The translations under genes were made by a program, and so were the position numbers. Below are positions 17,574 through 25,350 of a DNA stretch of 38,179 nt, one piece after another. How positions within the stretch are numbered: the first letter of the stretch is position 1; the number at the start of each line of letters is the position of its first letter. The stretch is taken from positions 1 to 38,179 of the forward strand of contig JALSHL010000317.1 in assembly GCA_026982255.1 (NCBI GenBank). The letters are read 5' to 3'. This stretch comes from Paracoccaceae bacterium. GTDB taxonomy: Bacteria; Pseudomonadota; Alphaproteobacteria; Rhodobacterales; Rhodobacteraceae. The notes beneath the pieces were generated by a model, which made no database searches, had not been told where the DNA came from, and saw nothing but the letters and a program-made list of their open reading frames with translations.

Positions 17574-18851
17574 TCAGTTTCCGTCGGTTCCCTGAAGGTT
17601 GGTCGGTGCAAACACCCCGCCGAACGCACCGCCCGGGTTGCTCTCCGGTTCCGCGGCCGGGGCCGTGCTGTTCAGGTTGGTCGGTGCGAAGACGCCACCG
17701 AATGCCCCGTTTGACTCCGGCGCTGCCGGTGCCTCGGTAACCGTCGGATCAACCGTGGAGCGGCCGAAAATATCGACACCGGAATGCGCCGCCTCCAGTC
17801 GCTGCTGGAACCGCTGCTGGCGCAGGGCCTCGATCCGCTCGGCGGCCAGCGCCTGCTTCTCGGCCAGCACCCGCGCCTTGCACTCGCCCGGATCATAGCT
17901 CTGCGCGGTCCAGAACATGGTAATAACCACGAAGGACAGCAGCACGAAAATGATCGCGGCCGGATTGCCGGTCAGGAACGACGGCAACACGCGACCCGCC
18001 TTGCGCGGCACCCCCTTCAGACGGGCATCCTCGTTGCGCTGTTTGTTGCGGCGATAGGCTTCGTTGGCCAGCGCCGCGAAAATCGTCAGCATCACGATGA
18101 TGAAGGCCAGCGCCGAAATCGACGGGTTGATCCCGTAGCGCACCTTCTGCGCCAGCTCGATCGTCAGCGTCGGATAGTTGCCGAAAGTGAAAGTGGTGGT
18201 GTTGTAGTTCTCGAACGAGGCCAGAAACGCCAGCACAGCCGCCGAAGCAATCGCCGGCCGCATGAACGGCAGCAGGATCTTGCGGAATGCCTGCGTGTGG
18301 GTCGCCCCCAGATCAAGCGCCGCCTCGGTCAGGCCGGGGTCGAAACGCTGCAAGCGGGCCACGAATACCAGCATTGCATAAGAGGCAATAAAGGTGGACT
18401 GCCCCAGCACCGTCAGGAAAATCCCGTTGTGCAGGAATGCCTCGGTCGAGGGGCCGAGGAAATTGCTGACACGGTCCCAGAACACCAGTGTCGAGATACC
18501 CAGCACCACGCCGGGGATCAGGATCGGCGCGATGATGATGGTATAGTAGGTGGAGCGGAACTTCGGCCAGACCTGTGTCAGCACCAGCGCCGCCGCCAGC
18601 CCCATGGACACCGACAAGATCACGGTGCCGATACCGATAATCACACTGTTCCTGATCCCGTTGAGGATACGCTCGTCCTTGAACAGAACGTCGAACCATT
18701 CATAGGTGTAACAGGCCCACGGCGAAATCGACGGAAAAGCCGAGGAATTGAACGCGGTCATGCTCATCACGAACAACGGTCCGAGCAGATACCCGAAGAA
18801 GATCACCAGATAGGCGACAAGCGCGACACGGCCGATAAACGACGACTTCAT
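17574..18851 (-). CDS. PotC-like ABC permease with a long C-terminal extension
   Basis: 'LTEAALDLGAT..QAFRKILLP' EAA motif and FLASFENY; about 150 extra residues with an additional TM helix, a charged helix and repeats. Confidence 0.88.
   Translation of the reverse strand: MKSSFIGRVALVAYLVIFFGYLLGPLFVMSMTAFNSSAFPSISPWACYTYEWFDVLFKDERILNGIRNSVIIGIGTVILSVSMGLAAALVLTQVWPKFRSTYYTIIIAPILIPGVVLGISTLVFWDRVSNFLGPSTEAFLHNGIFLTVLGQSTFIASYAMLVFVARLQRFDPGLTEAALDLGATHTQAFRKILLPFMRPAIASAAVLAFLASFENYNTTTFTFGNYPTLTIELAQKVRYGINPSISALAFIIVMLTIFAALANEAYRRNKQRNEDARLKGVPRKAGRVLPSFLTGNPAAIIFVLLSFVVITMFWTAQSYDPGECKARVLAEKQALAAERIEALRQQRFQQRLEAAHSGVDIFGRSTVDPTVTEAPAAPESNGAFGGVFAPTNLNSTAPAAEPESNPGGAFGGVFAPTNLQGTDGN
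17595..17708 (-). repeat. Intragenic direct repeat encoding GAFGGVFAPTNL twice
   Basis: 36-nt units at 17673-17708 and 17595-17630 encode an identical 12-aa peptide; the 7 nucleotide differences all fall at third codon positions. Confidence 0.95.
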
Positions 18852-19777
18852 TTGCCGATATCCCCCATGTTGACCTTGAAGATTTTCATGAACGTCAACA
18901 CGATCACGATCGAGGATACCAGCAGCACAATAGCATAGGCCGCCCCCTGCTGCCAGTTCAGCGAGTCATTGAACCACTGGTAAACCAGCTGCGTAAACCA
19001 CAGGCTGCTCGGCCCGCCGAGAATTTGCGGTGCCGCCAGCGCGCCCGCGGAAAGCATGAACACCATGGTCATCCCCGAGGCAATCCCCGGTTTGGCGTGC
19101 GGAATGACAATGCGGCGGTGGATGCGGATCCAGCTCGCCCCCATGTCCCGCGCCGCCTCGATCTGGTTACGATCGAGGCTCTCGATCACGTTGTACATCG
19201 GGAACAGCATCAGCAGGATATAGGCATAGCCGAGACCGGCATAGAGCGCGACATCGGCACGGATGAAGTCGATCGGCTCCTGAATCAGGTTCAGCAACAG
19301 CAACACATCGTTGATCAACCCCGCATCCCCGAAAATGATCCGCAAGGCAAAGGCCCGCAGGATTTCGTTGATCCAGTAGGGAATAATCAGCATGACAACC
19401 AGCAGACGGGTGATTCCCTTACCCTTCGACTGGCCAAGGTAATAGGCCAGCGGATAACACAGGATCAGATCGAGTATGGTCACGGCGATGGCCGCGATGA
19501 TCGTGCGGACAAAGACCTGAAGATCCACGGTGTTGAACCTGCTGTCGCTGCCCTCGGCCCCGAACAGCAGGAATTTGTAGTTGTCGAGCGTATAGACATC
19601 CTTCGGCCCGCCCACTTCGGACGGCGGCAGGTTGTGCCGGAACGAAAAGTCCAGCATCGAAAGCTGCGGCAACAGGATCAGGACGACAATCCAGAACAGC
19701 ACCAGAAACAGCATAATGCTGCCCATGACTTTGCCGTTGTTGCGGAAGAATTGCGAAAACGGGCGGGGTTTGCTCAT
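18848..19777 (-). CDS. PotB-like ABC permease
   Basis: 'YPLAYY', 'PYWINEILRAFA', 'G.IN..L', 'IEAARDMGAS', 'PQILGG'. Confidence 0.9.
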   Translation of the reverse strand: MSKPRPFSQFFRNNGKVMGSIMLFLVLFWIVVLILLPQLSMLDFSFRHNLPPSEVGGPKDVYTLDNYKFLLFGAEGSDSRFNTVDLQVFVRTIIAAIAVTILDLILCYPLAYYLGQSKGKGITRLLVVMLIIPYWINEILRAFALRIIFGDAGLINDVLLLLNLIQEPIDFIRADVALYAGLGYAYILLMLFPMYNVIESLDRNQIEAARDMGASWIRIHRRIVIPHAKPGIASGMTMVFMLSAGALAAPQILGGPSSLWFTQLVYQWFNDSLNWQQGAAYAIVLLVSSIVIVLTFMKIFKVNMGDIGK

Positions 19778-19786
19778 GCCGCCCCC

Positions 19787-20902
19787 CTATTCCGACGCCA
19801 GCTCGCCTGCGGGCATGACCACGGCGTTTCTGGCATCATAGGTAAGCGAAAGCTCCGACCCCTTCGAGGCCTCGGGATCCTGCCCGAGATTCGGCAACGA
19901 CATCTTGATTTCCTTGCCGCCCGCGCCTTCCAGAAACACGCTATAGGAGTTGCCCTCGAACTCCTCGTTCAGGACCGTGGCCGGAATAACGGTTTTATCT
20001 TCCGGCACCGTTGCACCGACCGGGGCGAGCGCCTCGGGACGCACGAACATCATCGCATCGTCACCGACATTCAGCTTGCCGATGGCGGCGGGGGTAATCT
20101 CGGCCCGCAACAGACCCGTGCGGTTGGTTTCCAGCAAGGCCTGCGTGCCGCTTATTTCATGAACTTTGCCACGGAACACATTGTTTTCCCCGACAAAAGA
20201 GGCAACAAACGGGGTTGCTGGACGGTCGTAAACCTCGTGTCCCGTTCCGATCTGGTCGATAACACCGGCCCGCATCACCGCCACATTGTCGGACATGGTC
20301 AGCGCCTCGCCCTGATCGTGGGTGATGTAGATAAACGTAATACCGACACGCTGCTGGATTTCGCGCAACTCAGTGCGCATATGCTGGCGCAGCTTCAGGT
20401 CCAGCGCCGAAAGAGGCTCGTCAAGCAACAGCACATCCGGCTCGGCACAAAGCGCACGGGCAATGGCCACACGCTGCTTCTGCCCGCCCGAAAGCTCCGA
20501 GGGCAGCTTGTCGCCCTGTCCCTCGAGCGCGATCATATCGAGCAACTCGTCGGCACGCTTGCGCCGCTCGGCCGTGCTGGCTCCTTTAACTTCCATCGAG
20601 AAGGTTATGTTTTCCCAGACCTTCATCAGCGGAAACAACGCGAGGTTCTGGAAAATAAGTGCGGTGGGGCGCTTGTTCGGACCGATGCCCGCCATGTCGT
20701 TTCCCCCGATCAGCACCCGCCCCTCGCTGGGGTCGAGAAACCCGGAAACCGCACGCAAAATCGTGGTTTTACCGCAGCCCGACGGGCCGAGGAACGAAAA
20801 GAAGTCTCCACCGTTGATATTCACATTGGCGTTCCGGACAGCCACAAAATCCCCGAACCGTATCCAGAGATTTTCCAGATTCACACCGACACCAACGCTC
20901 AT
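19787..20902 (-). CDS. PotA-like ABC ATP-binding protein (371 aa)
   Basis: Start reassigned to ATG 20902 (RBS GGAGGA); GPSGCGKT, FQNLALFP, LSGGQKQR, LDEPLSALD, ITHDQ, TOBE-like C-terminus. Confidence 0.92.
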   Translation of the reverse strand: MSVGVGVNLENLWIRFGDFVAVRNANVNINGGDFFSFLGPSGCGKTTILRAVSGFLDPSEGRVLIGGNDMAGIGPNKRPTALIFQNLALFPLMKVWENITFSMEVKGASTAERRKRADELLDMIALEGQGDKLPSELSGGQKQRVAIARALCAEPDVLLLDEPLSALDLKLRQHMRTELREIQQRVGITFIYITHDQGEALTMSDNVAVMRAGVIDQIGTGHEVYDRPATPFVASFVGENNVFRGKVHEISGTQALLETNRTGLLRAEITPAAIGKLNVGDDAMMFVRPEALAPVGATVPEDKTVIPATVLNEEFEGNSYSVFLEGAGGKEIKMSLPNLGQDPEASKGSELSLTYDARNAVVMPAGELASE

Positions 20903-21017
20903 GAAACTTCCTCCGCAATTTCGGGGTATTGAAACGGGGCCACCCGCAGGCGCCCGACCGGCCTTGTCCGGCAGGTTTCCGGCCGCCACAAAGGCGACCG
21001 GAGGTTTTCAGGTCTGC

Positions 21018-22157
21018 TTATGCGCTTTTGAATTTGTTGACAAATTCGGTGCGCACGTCTGCATACCAGGGCGGCTCGGCCGGCCACGGGTTGAGGTTGG
21101 CCAGCGCCTCGCCCGGATAGGCTTCGGCGAAGTTCTTCTTGTAGGCATCGCCCGCGAACTTGTCGGCACCAAGGATCGGCGAGTTGTAGCCGTGCTTGTC
21201 GATAGCCTTGCCTGCCACTTCGGGGCGATAGGCATACTCGACCAGCGCATAGGCCTCGTCGATATTGACCGCGCCCTTGGGCAGTGCCAGACCGTCGACC
21301 CATGCCATCGCACCCTCTTTCGGCGCCTGGTATGTGACCGGCTCGCCAGCGGTTTTCAGCGCGAGCGGCGGACCGTCCCACGTCTGGCCAACCACGACAC
21401 CACCGTTCAGCAGGCCGTTTTTCTGGCTGTCGGCATCGTTCCAGATCAGTTTCAGGTTGCCTTTGCGGGCAATACACCAATCGGTGATTTTCGACCATGT
21501 GGCGCGGAAGTTGTCCTCGGACTCGTAAGCCGCCCAGACAGCGCCTTTGTCCAGTTCGCCGATTGTCTCCATATAGAGACCGGCACACAGCATACCGGAG
21601 TGCGCGCGGATCATGGTTTTGCCCGCATTCTCGTCGGCCCAGATCTCGCCATAGGACGGCACACCGTCAGCGGACGCCGGCGCCCAGAGGTCCGTGCGCC
21701 ATGCCATGCCCTCGGTGCCCCAGATATGCGGGATCCATGTGGAACCCTTGCCGAAATCCCAGCCGTCCGGCCCGATTTTCGCCATGGCCGGATTTGCCTT
21801 GTCGATCGGCACGCGGCTCATGTCCCACGGCTGCAACAGATCCAGCGGACCCCACTGCAGGTTACGGTTGTTGGTCGGCCCGATGATATCGGCGCCGGAG
21901 CCGTTGGAGGCCTTCATCTTGTTGATGATTTCCTCGTTGGAGCCGATACCGATGTAGTTGACCTTGATACCGGTCTCGGCCTCGAAGCCCGCCAGCAGGT
22001 CGTCCGGCCAGTAGTCGGACCAGTCGAGCAGCGTCAGCTCGCCCGAGGACGCAAGCGCCTTGGACACCAGCGCGGGCGTTGCCAGCGCGGCGGCACCGAC
22101 GGTCGTGCCGGTTTTCAGAAATGAACGGCGATTGACGCCATTTTTCGTTTCAGTCAT
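21018..22157 (-). CDS. PotD/PotF-like substrate-binding protein with Tat signal (379 aa)
   Basis: Start reassigned to ATG 22157 (RBS GGGAGA); NRRSFLK twin-arginine motif; WSDY, FEAETGIKV, WGTEG, TWDG, PKEGAMAWVD. Confidence 0.9.
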   Translation of the reverse strand: MTETKNGVNRRSFLKTGTTVGAAALATPALVSKALASSGELTLLDWSDYWPDDLLAGFEAETGIKVNYIGIGSNEEIINKMKASNGSGADIIGPTNNRNLQWGPLDLLQPWDMSRVPIDKANPAMAKIGPDGWDFGKGSTWIPHIWGTEGMAWRTDLWAPASADGVPSYGEIWADENAGKTMIRAHSGMLCAGLYMETIGELDKGAVWAAYESEDNFRATWSKITDWCIARKGNLKLIWNDADSQKNGLLNGGVVVGQTWDGPPLALKTAGEPVTYQAPKEGAMAWVDGLALPKGAVNIDEAYALVEYAYRPEVAGKAIDKHGYNSPILGADKFAGDAYKKNFAEAYPGEALANLNPWPAEPPWYADVRTEFVNKFKSA

Positions 22158-22332
22158 GTAAGTCTCCCTCCCGGAGAATAGAGGCACAGCCGAATGCCGT
22201 GCCTTGGTGAATGATCACGCGAGTACATTGCTCTATAGTGATCTTATTTTTAGGTTTTATGACAGTTTGCACAGAATGTCGCACCATCAAGTGAAAAACA
22301 CCTTAGCCTAACCAATGCACAATGCAACCACA

Positions 22333-22363
22333 TACGGCCAGATTTTCCTTGCCGTATAGCCAG
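22333..22363 (-). promoter_or_regulatory. TauR/MocR-like direct-repeat box upstream of the PotD-like gene
   Basis: Minus strand CTGGCTATA-N13-CTGGCCGTA, a variant of the two clear TauR boxes in this window, followed by a TAGGCT -10-like hexamer (22310-22305). Confidence 0.6.
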
Positions 22364-22369
22364 TTCGTT

Positions 22370-23473
22370 TCAGGCGATTCCCGCACAGATGCGGCGCACG
22401 GAGTGGGCGATCTCGCCCTCCTCGTCGGCGGGCACAACCCGGGTATTTTCCGGCCCGATTCCACACCATTCCAGACGTCCGGCAATAGCGTCGCGAATGC
22501 GTGGTGCATTTTCCCCGATTCCGCCGGTAAAGACGATCCCGTCAACGCCGCCCATGGCGGCAATCATCGAACCGGCGTGACGGGCGGCCCAGTAACAATA
22601 ATGTGTCACGGCAAAGGCGGCTTCGGACGCTGGCGACTCGAGCAGGGCTTCCATATCCGCACACCCGCCCAGCGCCAGCAATCCGCTCTCGCGGTTGAGC
22701 AGCCGTTCCAGCGAATCGGCGTCGAACCCCTCGTTCTTCAACAGGTGCAGCAGCACCCCGCTGTCCATTGCACCGGCCCGCGTGGCCATAACCAGCCCGT
22801 CCATGGGTGAAAATCCCATCGTGGTGGCCACTCCCTGCCCGTCCACTATCGCCGCAAGACTGCTCCCCGCGCCGAGGTGGCAGGCCAGCAACCGGTGCGG
22901 CAGCGGTTGCCCCGTCACACCGGAGAACCGCCGCACCAGAGAAGCATAGCTCAACCCGTGGAAGCCATAGCGGCGTATCCCCTTTGCACGCAATGCGGCG
23001 GGGACCGGAATCGTCGTGGCCTCGGGCGGATTGGACGCATGGAAAGCGGTATCGAAACAGGCCACCTGTTCCAACGACGGGAACCGCCCTGCAAGCGCAT
23101 CGATCACCGCCAGCGCGGGCGGATTGTGCAACGGAGCCAGCGTTGCCGCATCGACAATTGCCTGACGGACAGCGGGGGAAATCCGCGCGGCTTCGGTCTG
23201 CGCCCCGCCATGCACAACCCGATGGCCTGCCGCCGCCGGTTTCCCGAACCCTGCATCCGAAAGGGTTGCCAGAACGGCAGCCAACGCGCCTTCATGACCG
23301 GCAGCCGGGACGGCACGCTTTGCTCCGGCAAATTGCAATTCCGCCCCCGCCCCGATGGCCGCCACCTGCCCCGCAGCCAGAACCTCCCCCTCCCCGAGCG
23401 GATAGGCCGCGAATTTCAGGCTCGACGATCCGGCATTCAGCACCAGAATCCACGGATCGTGGCGCCACGCCAT
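22370..23473 (-). CDS. ackA: Acetate kinase
   Basis: LVLNAGSSSLKF, GHRVVHGG, APLHNP, FDTAFH, RRYGFHGLSY, FTGGIGEN, ADEE; the start directly abuts the xsc stop (TAG-ATG). Confidence 0.92.
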   Translation of the reverse strand: MAWRHDPWILVLNAGSSSLKFAAYPLGEGEVLAAGQVAAIGAGAELQFAGAKRAVPAAGHEGALAAVLATLSDAGFGKPAAAGHRVVHGGAQTEAARISPAVRQAIVDAATLAPLHNPPALAVIDALAGRFPSLEQVACFDTAFHASNPPEATTIPVPAALRAKGIRRYGFHGLSYASLVRRFSGVTGQPLPHRLLACHLGAGSSLAAIVDGQGVATTMGFSPMDGLVMATRAGAMDSGVLLHLLKNEGFDADSLERLLNRESGLLALGGCADMEALLESPASEAAFAVTHYCYWAARHAGSMIAAMGGVDGIVFTGGIGENAPRIRDAIAGRLEWCGIGPENTRVVPADEEGEIAHSVRRICAGIA

Positions 23474-25252
23474 CTACGCGCCTTTCTGCGGGCGCATATC
23501 GGCGGGATCGATTCCTGCGACCTCGACCGGTTTGCTCATGGCGTCGCGGCGGAACGGCTCGCCTATTTCCTGATTGAGCATCACCTCGATAAAGGTTGTC
23601 TCGCCCTGCTCCATCTGCGCTTTCACCGCCACGTCCAGCGCCTCGGTCAGCCCCTCCATCGTGGTGGCAACCACCCCGTTCACGCCGCAGGCCCTGGCGA
23701 TACCGGCATAGGAAACATTATAGTCCAGCTCGGTCCCGACAAAATTGTCGTTATACCACAGCGTCGTGTTGCGTTTCTCGGCACCCCACTGGTAGTTGCG
23801 GAAAATCACCATGGTGATCGGCGGCCAGTCATCGCGCCCGCAGGCCGTCATCTCGTTCATGGAAATCCCGAAGGCCCCGTCACCGGCAAAGCCGACAACC
23901 GGCGTATCCGGCTGCCCGATCTTGGCCCCGAGGATCGCCGGAAGCGAGTATCCGCATGGCCCGAACAGACCCGGCGCCAGATATTTTCGCCCCGCCTCGA
24001 ACGTCGGATAGGCGTTGCCGATGGCGCAGACATTACCGATATCCGAGGAAATAATCGCCTCTTTCGGCAATGATTTCTGAATGGCGCGCCAGGCCTGACG
24101 CGGCGACATGGCATCGGGGCGCTCGGCACGGGCGCGCCGGTTCCAGTCGGTGCCTTCGTCGTCATCCTCGTGATCCATAGAGGTCAGCGCCTGCGCCCAT
24201 GCGGATTTTGTGGTGGCGACCAGATCGCGCCGTTCCTGCCGCCCTGCATCCCCTGCCCCGTCAGACAGTTGCGCCAGAATGCCCTCGGCCACCTGCTTCG
24301 CATCACCGGCAATTCCGACCGTCACCGGTTTCGTCAACCCGATCCGGTCGGGGTTGATGTCCACCTGAATGACCTTCGCATCTTGCGGCCAGTAATCGAT
24401 CCCGTAACCGGGCAGCGTCGAGAACGGGTTGAGCCGCGTCCCCAGTGCCAGCACCACATCGGCCTTGGCGATCAGCTCCATCGCCGCGCGCGAGCCGTTA
24501 TAGCCCAGCGGACCGGCAAACAGCGGATGCGACCCCGGAAAGGCATCGTTGTGCTGGTAGCCGCAACACACCGGCGCATCCAACCGTTCGGCCAGCGCCT
24601 GCGAGGCCGCAATGGCACCGCCGATCACCACGCCCGCCCCGTTCAGAATCACGGGGAATTTCGCATCGGACAACAGCGCCGCCGCCTCGGCAATCGCACC
24701 CGCACCACCGGCGGGACGTTCGAATTCGACAATGGCCGGCAGGTCGATGTCGATTACCTGTGTCCACATATCCCGCGGCACGTTGATTTGCGCCGGTGCA
24801 GACAGCCGCTTGGCCTTCATGATCACGCGGTTCAGCACCTCGGCCATGCGCGAGGGATCGCGGACCTCTTCCTGATAGGCCACGCAATCGGCGAACATGC
24901 GCATCTGCTCGACCTCCTGAAAACCGCCCTGTCCGATGGTCTTGTTGGCGGCCTGCGGCGTCACCAGCAGCATCGGCGTGTGGTTCCAGTAGGCGGTTTT
25001 GACCGGCGTCACCAGATTGGCAATCCCCGGCCCGTTCTGCGCAATCGCCATCGACATCCTGCCCGACGCGCGCGTGAAACCGTCCGCCATCATACCGGCG
25101 GTATATTCATGCGCACAGTCCCAGAAAGTGATCCCCCCCCGCGGGAACTTGTCGGAAACCGGCATGAAGGCCGAGCCGACAATACCGAACGCATTATCGA
25201 TACCGTGCATTTGCAGAACTTTGACAAAGGCTTCTTCTGTGGTCATTTTCAT
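23474..25252 (-). CDS. xsc: Sulfoacetaldehyde acetyltransferase
   Basis: MKMTTEEAFVKVLQMHGI, DCAHE, AQNGPG, KTAYWNHTP, ThDP motif GDGAFGIS...FRNYQWGAEKRN, GEPFRRDAM. Confidence 0.97.
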   Translation of the reverse strand: MKMTTEEAFVKVLQMHGIDNAFGIVGSAFMPVSDKFPRGGITFWDCAHEYTAGMMADGFTRASGRMSMAIAQNGPGIANLVTPVKTAYWNHTPMLLVTPQAANKTIGQGGFQEVEQMRMFADCVAYQEEVRDPSRMAEVLNRVIMKAKRLSAPAQINVPRDMWTQVIDIDLPAIVEFERPAGGAGAIAEAAALLSDAKFPVILNGAGVVIGGAIAASQALAERLDAPVCCGYQHNDAFPGSHPLFAGPLGYNGSRAAMELIAKADVVLALGTRLNPFSTLPGYGIDYWPQDAKVIQVDINPDRIGLTKPVTVGIAGDAKQVAEGILAQLSDGAGDAGRQERRDLVATTKSAWAQALTSMDHEDDDEGTDWNRRARAERPDAMSPRQAWRAIQKSLPKEAIISSDIGNVCAIGNAYPTFEAGRKYLAPGLFGPCGYSLPAILGAKIGQPDTPVVGFAGDGAFGISMNEMTACGRDDWPPITMVIFRNYQWGAEKRNTTLWYNDNFVGTELDYNVSYAGIARACGVNGVVATTMEGLTEALDVAVKAQMEQGETTFIEVMLNQEIGEPFRRDAMSKPVEVAGIDPADMRPQKGA

Positions 25253-25318
25253 GGCGCGCGTTCCTGATTTGAATGAAAGAGGGTTGTCTCCTGTATGCTA
25301 GAGGCCCCGCCAGCACGA

Positions 25319-25350
25319 TAGGGCCAGTTGCAAGGTCGAAATAGGTCCAG
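25319..25350 (-). promoter_or_regulatory. TauR binding site upstream of xsc
   Basis: Minus strand CTGGACCTA-N14-CTGGCCCTA, matching the CTGGAC(T/C)TA direct repeat known for Rhodobacter TauR; TAGCAT lies downstream. Confidence 0.85.

Noticed and set aside
17525-17629. Longer starts in the ORF track for the phosphodiesterase (also the PotA-like, PotD-like and PPIase genes)
   Set aside because: The extensions overlap neighbouring genes or leaders; the downstream ATGs have good SD sequences and family-typical N-termini.
22277-22290. FNR-type site (TTGAT) in the importer leader
   Set aside because: Only one half-site is present (TTGAT-N4-CGACA). The real nar promoter lies beyond the right edge.
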